A stretch of DNA of 64,000 bases from Porphyromonadaceae bacterium UBA4277 (GTDB taxonomy: Bacteria > Bacteroidota > Bacteroidia > Bacteroidales > Muribaculaceae): NCBI GenBank assembly GCA_002395965.1, contig DGVT01000121.1, positions 44,013-108,012 on the forward strand, given 5' to 3'. Positions 41,731 through 50,799 of the stretch are shown one piece after another. The notes under the pieces were generated by a model. It saw only the letters and a program-made list of their open reading frames with translations, had not been told where the DNA came from and did no database searches. Position 1 is the stretch's first letter; every line of letters begins with the position of its first letter. The translations under genes and the position numbers were made by a program.

Positions 41731-43197
41731 ATGAAGAAATTTTTACTATTCCTTGCAACCGGTGCTTTGACCATCTCGAGCATGATGGCTATTACCGACG
41801 GTCAGACCTACGAACAGGTAGGTGACTACAAGCTGGTAAATGACTGGGTTATCTCGCGCGTGCACAGCGGCGAGCTGGCTTACAATGCCCTTCCGTTTGC
41901 CAACAACTATGCTCGCCGTGCCACAATCTATAACGGCGAGGTTCTCATTGCACAGACGTGCTCTCCCCAGCACATCTATCAGATTAACGACACCACCACA
42001 GGCATGCAGTGCGTGCTCTATCGCTACTCGGTGGAGAATGGTGACTATCTGGGCGTGCTGCCGCTGACACTTAACGGCGAGCCTTATGGTAGCACAGCAC
42101 AATCATCGCTGCTGGCCAACAACATCGGTGTGGATCACTTCGGTCACCTGTGGCTGGCTCAATACACCAGTGAGGCAACCCGCGAGTTCAATATCTACAC
42201 CGTGGATATGGAAACCGGTGCTCTTGAGTCGCAAGGCGTACTGGTAAAGGCCGAGACTCAAGAAGAAGTGTGTGCCCGTATCGACTATATCGACGTCATG
42301 GGCGATGTGACTCGCGAGGAGGCACAGTGTAATGTCATGGGCGCAGGTGCCAACAGTGACCTTATCTATCGCTGGCACGCCGAGCAAGGTTCGGACTGGG
42401 AAAAGGGCTTCGACGGTGAAGACTACTACATCCAGATCGTTGATTTCCCGCGCGGATGGGATTCAGTGACTCAGTCGTCATCTAAAGAAATCACCTCTTG
42501 GGGCTTCGCTCCGTTTATCAAGATGTGTCTGGGCGAGGACGAGAGCACTCTGTATGATGCCGAGCTCTTCTGGATCGACGGCTTCTATAACGCTCCGGCT
42601 CTGTATATGGTCGATGGCAACATGTATGACTCGTTCAACAACGTTGAGTCGTTTGACCTGCAGCCCGAAGAGGGAACCAACGGCCTGACCGAGTTCCACC
42701 TCGACGGCAAGAATTTCATGCTCTACTCTAAGGCTCAGTACCAGGGCGATGGCCATGGTTGCCAGGCTAACCTCGTGGAACTTGACGAGAGCCTTGCCCT
42801 GAGCTCGATGCAGAAGTACTGGCAGATTCCCGCCGACTCACTGGGCCACACCAGCGACAGCGGTACTCGCATCCACAGCTTTGAGGTGATTCCCGGCGTG
42901 GATGAGGAAGGCAATGAATATGTCACAATCCTGACCTATAAGTGCAATAACGGCCTGGCAGTGTATCGCATGGGTAAGAACGTGAAGCCTCATGGCGAGC
43001 CCGGCCCGCAACCGCTGAAGGGTGACGTGGATGGCAGTGGCATCGTTGACGTTGACGACGTGAATGCCGTGATCAATCTCATCCTCAACTTCGACGAATA
43101 TAAGGATAAGTATCCTGGCGTCGGCGATGTTGATGGCAGTGGCATCATCGATGTGGATGATGTGAACGAAATTATCAATATCATCCTCGGGGCTTGA
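41731..43197 (+). CDS. Secreted acidic hypothetical protein with C-terminal dockerin-like domain
   Basis: Signal peptide; two GDVDGSGI.DVDDVN..IN.IL repeats at the C-terminus. Confidence 0.8.
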   Translation: MKKFLLFLATGALTISSMMAITDGQTYEQVGDYKLVNDWVISRVHSGELAYNALPFANNYARRATIYNGEVLIAQTCSPQHIYQINDTTTGMQCVLYRYSVENGDYLGVLPLTLNGEPYGSTAQSSLLANNIGVDHFGHLWLAQYTSEATREFNIYTVDMETGALESQGVLVKAETQEEVCARIDYIDVMGDVTREEAQCNVMGAGANSDLIYRWHAEQGSDWEKGFDGEDYYIQIVDFPRGWDSVTQSSSKEITSWGFAPFIKMCLGEDESTLYDAELFWIDGFYNAPALYMVDGNMYDSFNNVESFDLQPEEGTNGLTEFHLDGKNFMLYSKAQYQGDGHGCQANLVELDESLALSSMQKYWQIPADSLGHTSDSGTRIHSFEVIPGVDEEGNEYVTILTYKCNNGLAVYRMGKNVKPHGEPGPQPLKGDVDGSGIVDVDDVNAVINLILNFDEYKDKYPGVGDVDGSGIIDVDDVNEIINIILGA

Positions 43198-43243
43198 TAG
43201 CCTGCGACTTAGTTGCTGCAAAGCAGTGACTACTTAGAATAAT

Positions 43244-43324
43244 GACCGTGAATTTTGCCGGCCAGTCTTCCTCAGCCACAATGTGCCTGTGGGTGGCGCA
43301 GGCAAAGTTCACGGTTTGTTTTTC
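43244..43324 (+). terminator. Long hairpin, probable terminator
   Basis: accgtgaattttgcc...ggcaaagttcacggt followed by ttgtttttt. Confidence 0.55.
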
Positions 43325-43348
43325 ACACTTTGTTATTTAATATAAACA

Positions 43349-45769
43349 ATGAAAAAACCTCTTATTTCATTGATGCTTATGCTCTGTGCCGCACTGAGTG
43401 CAGGAGCAAGTGGCAGTATCGTTATTAATGGTGACAACTATGTTGTGGACACGCTGTTCCATAATGTGATAGGCCCGGGAACGACTCAGACGTCGCTGTG
43501 GATTCACAACAGCAGCGTGAACTTGCGTGCGTTTTATTCCACGGTAGATCTTGAGAACCCCTACATGTCGCTCGAGTGCATCATCGGTCGTGACAAAGTG
43601 CCCTCGTGTCAGAACCTCGAGTCGATGTCGCGCCATCACACCTCGCCTGGTCACAAACCGTTTATCGGCATTAATGGCGACTTCTTCATTAACTATTCAG
43701 CCCACACCCTCAGGGGCGAGTCGATGTATGGAGCGCCTTCAGGCCCCACCATTTGTGATGGAGACATAATGCTTACTCGTGCCGACCCAACCAACTACAT
43801 GAGCTTCACGTCGGATGTCAACGGGCAGGTGTATGTGGGTAACTTCGCCTTCACGGGTACGTTTATCGGCCCCGACAACTCCACAGTAAAGGCCTCGGCA
43901 GTGAATCCTGTGCAATCCACTCCCGAGAACAATGCTATAACCATCTACAACGAGTTCTACTATAGCAGCAGTAATGTGGCAGGTGGATGCGAAGTGACGG
44001 CCATGCTGGCCGAGGGCGAGAAGTTCCAGGCTACCGGAACGACCCACTTTGTCGTGACCTCAGAGCCCAACACCGAGGGCGACATGCTCATTCCGGCCGG
44101 CGGAGTGGTGCTTCATGCCCGCGGCACGAGTGCCGAGAACTTCCTGAAGTCGCTCAAACCCGGCGATGAGCTCACACTCGAGACACAGTGCACGTCGGAT
44201 GGCGTGAACATCATTCCCGACCAAGTGATCTCGGGCTTCCCGCGCATTCTCTCGGGTGGTGAAATACTTGATACCGAGAGCACACGCGGCGACGGCTCGA
44301 GTCGTCATCCTCGCACGAGCATCGGCTACAGCGATGGCGGCAAGAAGGTGTATCTGTGTGTGGTAGATGGACGTCAGTCGCTTTCGGCTGGCATTCGCAC
44401 GTCGGGACTGGCAGCAATCATGCGCTATGCCGGTGCCACCGAGGCTATGAACCTCGACGGCGGAGGCTCGTCGGTGCTGTATTCTTCAATCCTGGGCGAG
44501 CGCAACCATCCCAGTGAGGGCTCGCTGCGAGCCGTGGGTAATGCAATGTTTGCCGTGAGCAATGCTCCCGACGACAATGAGCTGGCCGAGCTGCGCTTCC
44601 AGGATTATAAACTGACCACATCGCGATATGCTGTTTATACCCCGCATTTCTTCGGCTATAACAAGTATGGCGAGCTCATCAATACCGATGTAAAGGGTGT
44701 GACCATCAGTTGCCCCGAGGGCTTCGGTAAGATAAAGAACGACACCACATTCTTTGCAACCGGAATAGGTACCGACCTGATAACTGCCCGCCTGGGCAAC
44801 GTGGAAGTGTCGATGCCCATGGTGATTGTGGGTGAGCAACTCGACAACATGGCATTTATCAACGACTCGATCGTTACCGACGGCTTGCGCGACCAGCTCA
44901 TTGACGTGCAGACGTTGCTCGATGGGTCGGTCATGCCGCTCTCGCCCGAGGCACTGTTGTGGGAGAGCTTGAATAGTAATATTGTGAAGATCGACCCCAC
45001 AACGGGTGTGTTGCGTGGCTTGCGCGACGGTTCCACTCAGGTTATAGGCACAGTGGATGGCATTGCCGACACTATGCTGGTGAATGTGGAAATTCCCAAG
45101 GCTCGTGTCATGAAGGCCGATGACCTGGATGCCTCCACTTGGACAATGACCATGCGTGCCGGTAAGGACGGCGTGGCAACACAGCTCGGCGACGGTGGCT
45201 TTGAGTGGGCCTTCACAGGTTCTTCGGGCCGCCTGCCCGGCATCACGATGAAGAAGAGCATCAGGCTGTGGAGCTTGCCCGACACCCTGCGCCTGCGTTT
45301 CAACAATGGCAATGTGCCCATTAAGCAGCTGGTGTTCAGCCTTTATGCCGGCAATCATCGTTTGGCTACGGCTATAGTGGCGCTCAACGACACCACAAGC
45401 GGTAAAGACAAAGTCATCGACTTGCCCACGGCTCAGTGGTGCAACCCAAGTGATATGGCAAACTTCCCCATTACCTTGTCGGGAATTCAGTTCGACATGT
45501 TCTCCTCGACTAACGGAGCAAGCTACAAGATGAGGCTGGATGCCATTGAGACGGTGTATTCGCGCGTGCCTAATGTGTCGCCGGCACTCAAAGGCGATGT
45601 GGATGCCAGCGGCATCGTGGACGTGGATGATGTGAATGCTGTGATTAATCTCATCCTTAACTTCGACCAATATAAGGATAAATATCCCGGTATCGGCGAC
45701 TTGGATGGTAACGGCATGATCGATGTTGACGACGTGAACGCCCTGATCAACATCATTCTCAAAGTGTAA
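43349..45769 (+). CDS. NAGPA-like phosphodiester glycosidase family protein with Ig-like and dockerin-like domains
   Basis: GINGDFF, RHPRTSIG, VVDGRQ, AMNLDGGGSS; Big_2-like segment; C-terminal dockerin repeats. Confidence 0.88.
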   Translation: MKKPLISLMLMLCAALSAGASGSIVINGDNYVVDTLFHNVIGPGTTQTSLWIHNSSVNLRAFYSTVDLENPYMSLECIIGRDKVPSCQNLESMSRHHTSPGHKPFIGINGDFFINYSAHTLRGESMYGAPSGPTICDGDIMLTRADPTNYMSFTSDVNGQVYVGNFAFTGTFIGPDNSTVKASAVNPVQSTPENNAITIYNEFYYSSSNVAGGCEVTAMLAEGEKFQATGTTHFVVTSEPNTEGDMLIPAGGVVLHARGTSAENFLKSLKPGDELTLETQCTSDGVNIIPDQVISGFPRILSGGEILDTESTRGDGSSRHPRTSIGYSDGGKKVYLCVVDGRQSLSAGIRTSGLAAIMRYAGATEAMNLDGGGSSVLYSSILGERNHPSEGSLRAVGNAMFAVSNAPDDNELAELRFQDYKLTTSRYAVYTPHFFGYNKYGELINTDVKGVTISCPEGFGKIKNDTTFFATGIGTDLITARLGNVEVSMPMVIVGEQLDNMAFINDSIVTDGLRDQLIDVQTLLDGSVMPLSPEALLWESLNSNIVKIDPTTGVLRGLRDGSTQVIGTVDGIADTMLVNVEIPKARVMKADDLDASTWTMTMRAGKDGVATQLGDGGFEWAFTGSSGRLPGITMKKSIRLWSLPDTLRLRFNNGNVPIKQLVFSLYAGNHRLATAIVALNDTTSGKDKVIDLPTAQWCNPSDMANFPITLSGIQFDMFSSTNGASYKMRLDAIETVYSRVPNVSPALKGDVDASGIVDVDDVNAVINLILNFDQYKDKYPGIGDLDGNGMIDVDDVNALINIILKV

Positions 45770-45821
45770 CAAACGGGTCTGCAATGCGCAACAGTGCATT
45801 GCACCCTGTCATGGTGATAGA

Positions 45822-45863
45822 GTGACCGGATGACGCGGGAATGTCGTCCGGTCACATTTTTTT
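45822..45863 (+). terminator. Intrinsic terminator
   Basis: gtgaccggatgacg / tgtcgtccggtcac followed by T7. Confidence 0.82.
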
Positions 45864-45933
45864 GCGGCGCCGGTGGTGCGAAAGTCGGGAAAAAACATTA
45901 CTTTTGCAATCGTTGTTATCAATATCAAGTGAA

Positions 45934-46767
45934 ATGAGCGAAAACGCGCCATCGGCCGATCATATAACTATCACTCGTCCAGAAATGTGGACCCTCATGC
46001 TCAAAGTGGGAGAGCATGAATTGCAGTATATCCTTTACAATGAGTCGCAAGAAGAGTCGCTCATCTGGGGCGTGGTGCCGCTCAAGGTGAGCACCACATG
46101 GGTGCAGGCCGTAGAGAATGCCGTCTATGACACCGAGCTGCTGCTCGACGACTATGGCCGCGTGGCAGTGGTCGTGGATGCACCGCACTTTGTGGTGCTT
46201 CCTGCCGGCATGACCGACGACCATGATGCAATGCTGAGGAATTTCACCGCAGTCTATCCCGACGACGATTGCGACGTGCAGTCGTGCCATCTGCCGCGCT
46301 GCGCTGTGGATGTGGCCTATGGCCTGCCACGGGGCTTGCACGGCTTTATTATGCGCACGTTCAACAATGCTCCGGTTTATCATCATCTCTACCCCTTGTG
46401 CGAACATTTCAAGCGCCTGAATACCGGAACGGGAATCTCGCGCATGTTCATCAATGTGCATGAGCAGACCATGGACATGGTGGTGTATCGCAAGGGCGAA
46501 ATGATGCTTGCCAACACATTCGAGTTGCGCAACACGTCCGATGCGCTGTTTCTGGCACTGCACACCTGGAAGAGCTTTGGGCTGGATGCGCTCGCCGACG
46601 AAGTGCAGCTCACCGGCAACCGCGAGTTGCGCGAGAGCTTGGCTGCGCAGCTGCGTGAATATGTGCGCTTTGTGATGCCGGCTATTTTCCCGGCCACGGC
46701 ATTGCGCCTGGGTAATGATGCTATGAGTGCTCCACTCGACTTAATCCTACTTGCCACATGCGAATAA
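45934..46767 (+). CDS. DUF3822 family protein
   Basis: ENAVYDTELLL..Y, FVVLP, LANTF; directly upstream of rsmD, as is usual in Bacteroidales. Confidence 0.78.
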   Translation: MSENAPSADHITITRPEMWTLMLKVGEHELQYILYNESQEESLIWGVVPLKVSTTWVQAVENAVYDTELLLDDYGRVAVVVDAPHFVVLPAGMTDDHDAMLRNFTAVYPDDDCDVQSCHLPRCAVDVAYGLPRGLHGFIMRTFNNAPVYHHLYPLCEHFKRLNTGTGISRMFINVHEQTMDMVVYRKGEMMLANTFELRNTSDALFLALHTWKSFGLDALADEVQLTGNRELRESLAAQLREYVRFVMPAIFPATALRLGNDAMSAPLDLILLATCE

Positions 46768-47294
46768 TCAGCGGAAAATACGGGCGCCGACGCTTCGACG
46801 TGCCCACCAACATCACAGCACGGCCCACTACCGACATGGCGCGTGAAAATCTTTTTAACGTGCTTGGCAACATCGTTGACTTTGAGGGCTTGCGGGTGCT
46901 CGACCTCTTTGCCGGCACGGGAGCCATAGGGCTCGAGTTTGCCTCACGAGGCGCATCGGCAGTAACCTGTGTGGAGAAGGCCCACACGCAGTATAATTTT
47001 ATTAATAAGGTGGTAAAGCAACTTGGCGACGAGGCGACCACGGTTATCAAGGGTGATGTGTTTCGCTTTGTGGCTTCGTGCCGTAGCACATTCGACCTGA
47101 TTTTTGCCGACCCGCCCTACGACCTGCCTCAGTTGCCCGACTTGCCGGGGCTCATCCTGTCGTCGGCAATGGTGAGGCCGGGCACGCTGGTGATTGTGGA
47201 GCACAGCCGCGACAACGATTTCACGGCCATGCCGCAGTTTTTCCAGCATCGCGTCTATGGCAAGGTGAATTTCACATTCTTTAAGGTGCCATAG
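46758..47294 (+). CDS. rsmD: 16S rRNA m2G966 methyltransferase RsmD
   Basis: MRIISGKYG, RPTTD..RENLFN, LDLFAGTG, FADPPY, YGKVNF. Confidence 0.94.
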   Translation: MRIISGKYGRRRFDVPTNITARPTTDMARENLFNVLGNIVDFEGLRVLDLFAGTGAIGLEFASRGASAVTCVEKAHTQYNFINKVVKQLGDEATTVIKGDVFRFVASCRSTFDLIFADPPYDLPQLPDLPGLILSSAMVRPGTLVIVEHSRDNDFTAMPQFFQHRVYGKVNFTFFKVP

Positions 47295-47345
47295 GGCTTC
47301 GGCATTATCTCACATTTTATTAGTGAACTCAAAACCCTAACCGCT

Positions 47346-49700
47346 TCATTGCCTGGCCAGGGGCTTTATTGTGATGCTGGAGGTGAGACGAATGTCGGTG
47401 CTGGAGGCTCCCACCATGATGCTGCAGGTGCCTGGCTCCAAGGTCCACTGCATCTTTTTGCCCACTATTGCTAAGGCAGGACGTGCGATGCGTAGTGTGA
47501 CTCGTTGCGACTCACCGGCTTCGAGCGTGACGCGGTCGAATGCCGCCAGTGTGCGCTCGGGCTGGATGACCGATGCCCTGTCGTGATGCACATAGAGTTG
47601 TACTACTTCATCGCCACTGCGGTTGCCGGTGTTGGTGAGCATGAAGCTCACGTCATAGTCGCCGTTGGCAGTCGGTGTTACTTCAATGTCTGAGTAATGG
47701 AATGTGGTGTAGCTAAGTCCGTAGCCGAAAGGGTAGAGTGGCGATGACGGCATGTCGGTATAGTCGTGTGCCGCAGGTGCCGGACGGTTGTAGTACACCG
47801 GTAGCTGCCCCACATTGCGCGGCACGCTCACCGGCAGGCGCCCGGCGGGGTTGTAGTCGCCCAGCAGCACGTCGGCAATGGCTGTGCCACCTTGTTCGCC
47901 GGGATAATATGCGGTAAGCAGTGCATCGGCATTCTCATGCGCCCAGTTTTTCTCAAGCGGGCGACCTTCGATATAGACCACTACCAGTGGCTTGCCCGTT
48001 TGTTTGAGTGCCTTGAGCAGCTCATCCTGCCTGCCCAGCAGCGACAGCGATGCTCGGTCAAAGCCTTCGCCGCAATCCATGTCGCTCACGGTGGTCCCGG
48101 TCACGGCAGCTCCGGTCTGCTCATAGGACGTGCGGAAATCTCTTGCCGATGAGCCTCCCACGACGGCGACCACCACATCGGCGGCACGCGCTGCCTGCAC
48201 GGCGGCATCAATGTCGCAATGCGCAGTATCGCGCACGGCACATCCGCGTGCATAAGTGCAATTACCTGTGGGCAGTTTCTCCTTAATGCCTTCCAAAATG
48301 GTTACTACTTTCTCATCGGGCTGCGGGGCAGTGTAGTCGCCCAGCTGGTTATACACGTTGTCGGCATTAGGTCCTACCACAGCCACGCGGGCATTGCGGC
48401 TCATCGGCAAGATGCCGTTGTTTTTCAGCAGTGTCACCGATGCCTGTGCCATGCGCCGGGCTGCGCTCACGGCGTCATCGTTGTTCACCATGCTGGCGGC
48501 AGATTGGGCATCAAGATAGGGATTTTCAAACAGTCCCATCTCAAATTTCAGCCGCAGCACGCGTGCCACAGCACGATCGAGCCACTCAGTGCTCACAAGC
48601 CCGTCATTCACTGCCTGCACCAAGTGAGGAAAGCAGTTTCCGCCCAGGTCAACGTCAACGCCTGCCCTGAGTGCCATGCAAGCCGCTTCGAGCCTTGACG
48701 ATGCTAAATGGTAACCGCCGCTAATCATGTCGAGGGCAAACAGGTCACTCACCACCAATGCGTCGTCATGTTCCCACTCGGTGCGCAGCACGCCGTTGAG
48801 CAGCAGGCTGTCGGCACTGCATGGAATGCCATCGATGGCGCTGTAGGCTGTCATCACCGACCGTGCACCGGCATCCATGGCACGCTTGAACGGCGGCAGA
48901 AAAAACTGTTTCAGTTCGCGCTCACCCACTAATGACCGTGCGCCGTTCTGCCCACCCTCGGCTGCTCCATAGGCTATGAAGTGCTTCAACGTGGCTGCCG
49001 TGGCATAAGGGCTGTCTAACTTACCGCCCCCCATGCCCTTGATCATTGCAGCAGCCATTTCCCCACTCAGAAAGGGGTCTTCGCCCAATGTCTCCTCCAC
49101 GCGCGACCAGCGAGGGTCGCGGCTAAGGTCTATAACGGGACCATAGCTGATGTGGCCGCCTTGCATCCGCACCTCGCGGCCTATTACCTGTCCGGCCTGC
49201 TCCATCAGCCGGCTCGACCAAGTAGCAGCCATGCCTAATCCGGTGGGGAACACCGTGGCGCCTATCGCCATGTGACCGTGCGGCGCTTCCTCGGCAAGCA
49301 GCAGCGGGATGCCTAAGCGGGTGCTGTCTATAGCATAGCGCTGCATGGCATTGACGGCGCTGACGGCAAGCCGCGGGTTTAACCCCGATGTGAGGGTCTT
49401 TTGTGTCCATGGGTCGGCACGGAGCACCGCCCAGTACATGCCCACATGCTGCTCCTTGACCTGCTGCCGAAACTCGGCGGTAGTTGCCACGGCATCACCT
49501 TGCCTGACATAGGAGTTCCACCCCATCAGGCATAGCAACTGTCCCACCTTCTCCTCCACAGTCATGCGCGAGAGCAGGTCGGCAACACGCTCTTCAACAG
49601 GCAGCTTCGCATTCTTATACGGCAGTGTATTTGCCGTTGCCGTAAAGTTTATCAGCAATAATAATGCAGCAACACAAAGCCGCAAAGCACAAAGATTCAT
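47346..49700 (-). CDS. GH3 beta-glucosidase/beta-xylosidase with Fn3-like C-terminal domain
   Basis: RLGIPL..EEAPHG, RDPRWSRVEETLGED, LKHF, SVMTAYS, VSD nucleophile motif, YPFGYGLSYT; start chosen downstream of the minus-strand TACCTTTG box near 49727-49734. Confidence 0.94.
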   Translation of the reverse strand: MNLCALRLCVAALLLLINFTATANTLPYKNAKLPVEERVADLLSRMTVEEKVGQLLCLMGWNSYVRQGDAVATTAEFRQQVKEQHVGMYWAVLRADPWTQKTLTSGLNPRLAVSAVNAMQRYAIDSTRLGIPLLLAEEAPHGHMAIGATVFPTGLGMAATWSSRLMEQAGQVIGREVRMQGGHISYGPVIDLSRDPRWSRVEETLGEDPFLSGEMAAAMIKGMGGGKLDSPYATAATLKHFIAYGAAEGGQNGARSLVGERELKQFFLPPFKRAMDAGARSVMTAYSAIDGIPCSADSLLLNGVLRTEWEHDDALVVSDLFALDMISGGYHLASSRLEAACMALRAGVDVDLGGNCFPHLVQAVNDGLVSTEWLDRAVARVLRLKFEMGLFENPYLDAQSAASMVNNDDAVSAARRMAQASVTLLKNNGILPMSRNARVAVVGPNADNVYNQLGDYTAPQPDEKVVTILEGIKEKLPTGNCTYARGCAVRDTAHCDIDAAVQAARAADVVVAVVGGSSARDFRTSYEQTGAAVTGTTVSDMDCGEGFDRASLSLLGRQDELLKALKQTGKPLVVVYIEGRPLEKNWAHENADALLTAYYPGEQGGTAIADVLLGDYNPAGRLPVSVPRNVGQLPVYYNRPAPAAHDYTDMPSSPLYPFGYGLSYTTFHYSDIEVTPTANGDYDVSFMLTNTGNRSGDEVVQLYVHHDRASVIQPERTLAAFDRVTLEAGESQRVTLRIARPALAIVGKKMQWTLEPGTCSIMVGASSTDIRLTSSITIKPLARQ

Positions 49701-49810
49701 ATGTTTTATTATTGGCATAATAATGGCAAAGGTACAAATAAATTTCAAAGCCGATTATCTGCAAATTAAAAAAAGATACAAGAAAACTATTGTGAATAAA
49801 AAATATTTTG

Positions 49811-49818
49811 TAAATTTG
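49811..49818 (+). promoter_or_regulatory. Bacteroidetes -7 promoter box for the leader/RiPP cassette
   Basis: TAAATTTG matches TAnnTTTG, divergent from the GH3 promoter. Confidence 0.6.
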
Positions 49819-49824
49819 TCGCCG

Positions 49825-50122
49825 ATCAGTTAGCCCAATGGGCTGGCATGATCATGACATGATAAACATAAGGACGTTACTCGTGACGTTTATCTTCGGC
49901 TTTCAAACTTCGCAACTTTGAACCACTTCCGGAGAAACGGCAACGGCAACGTCCATGTCGGGTGTATTACCAGTGTGCCGCATCTGTAAGGATGTCGCAC
50001 AACATGGAGTGTAATATGGCACGGCGTGGGCTAACTGCGTTGCTTACTCTGAAGTGGGGGCAATGAGAAGGCCTGAAGGCGGGGTAAGCAAACAAGTACA
50101 GCGACCCACGTCTTTTCTTTTT
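49825..50122 (+). ncRNA. Putative structured leader RNA / attenuator of unknown family
   Basis: GC-richer island in AT-rich DNA with several long stems. Segment 50023-50037 can pair either with 49827-49837 (perfect 11 bp) or with 50098-50112, forming a hairpin before ttttcttttt. Confidence 0.6.
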
Positions 50123-50173
50123 ATATAATGCTGAATCTGGGGCAGCTATAGGCCAAATCATAGTGGACTCTGT

Positions 50174-50437
50174 ATGTATATGAAAAAAAATGTGTTGCGC
50201 TATAATTGCGGGGACCTAATGGGATTTACGAATGATGAATTAAAAGGTGGATTTATGTATAAAAATGTAAATGTCTATGAAAATGACAAACTGGTACATG
50301 CTGGCAAGGTGATAAATTTCATTGATGCTGTAAGTGTTGATATTCCTGAAAGAACAGTTGGAGGTTTTTTATTCGCTGATGGTTTTGAGTATGTGTTTGG
50401 TAAAAATACTGAAGTGGAAATAATAAATAATTGTTGA
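50174..50437 (+). CDS. AT-rich hypothetical protein (87 aa) heading the RiPP cassette
   Basis: Open frame between the leader and the precursor; no family recognised. Confidence 0.5.
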   Translation: MYMKKNVLRYNCGDLMGFTNDELKGGFMYKNVNVYENDKLVHAGKVINFIDAVSVDIPERTVGGFLFADGFEYVFGKNTEVEIINNC

Positions 50438-50454
50438 ACATAAATAATACTATT

Positions 50455-50790
50455 ATGAAAGATCCAAATAAAGAATTACAATCTCGCCGTAAGTTTTTCA
50501 AAATAATTGCGACTCATTCATTGCCTATTCTTGGTTGTATTTTTGCGAGTTCACTTCCATTTACGATAGATTCCAAAGAACAAACATATTGTACTGATCA
50601 GACATGCAAATATTCTTGTACTGGATGTACTAGTTCATGTAAAGTAGGATGTGGATATGGATGCATGTCTGGATGCTATGGTTGCAGAGAATCATGTGAA
50701 GGACAATGCATAACAAGTTGTTATAATGGTTGCCTCCAATCATGTTATGGCACATGTAAAGGTGGTTGCGCTAAACAAGCGTATGCGTAA
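50455..50790 (+). CDS. Cys-Xaa-Xaa-Xaa repeat radical SAM target peptide (RiPP precursor)
   Basis: Leader MKDPNKELQSRRKFFK...LPILG; core with 16 Cys mostly every fourth residue; directly upstream of a radical SAM/SPASM enzyme. Confidence 0.9.
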   Translation: MKDPNKELQSRRKFFKIIATHSLPILGCIFASSLPFTIDSKEQTYCTDQTCKYSCTGCTSSCKVGCGYGCMSGCYGCRESCEGQCITSCYNGCLQSCYGTCKGGCAKQAYA

Positions 50791-50799
50791 CTACTTAAA

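Noticed and set aside
49967-50161. 64-aa minus-strand ORF across the structured leader
   Set aside because: No coding features; the region is better explained by base-pairing constraints.
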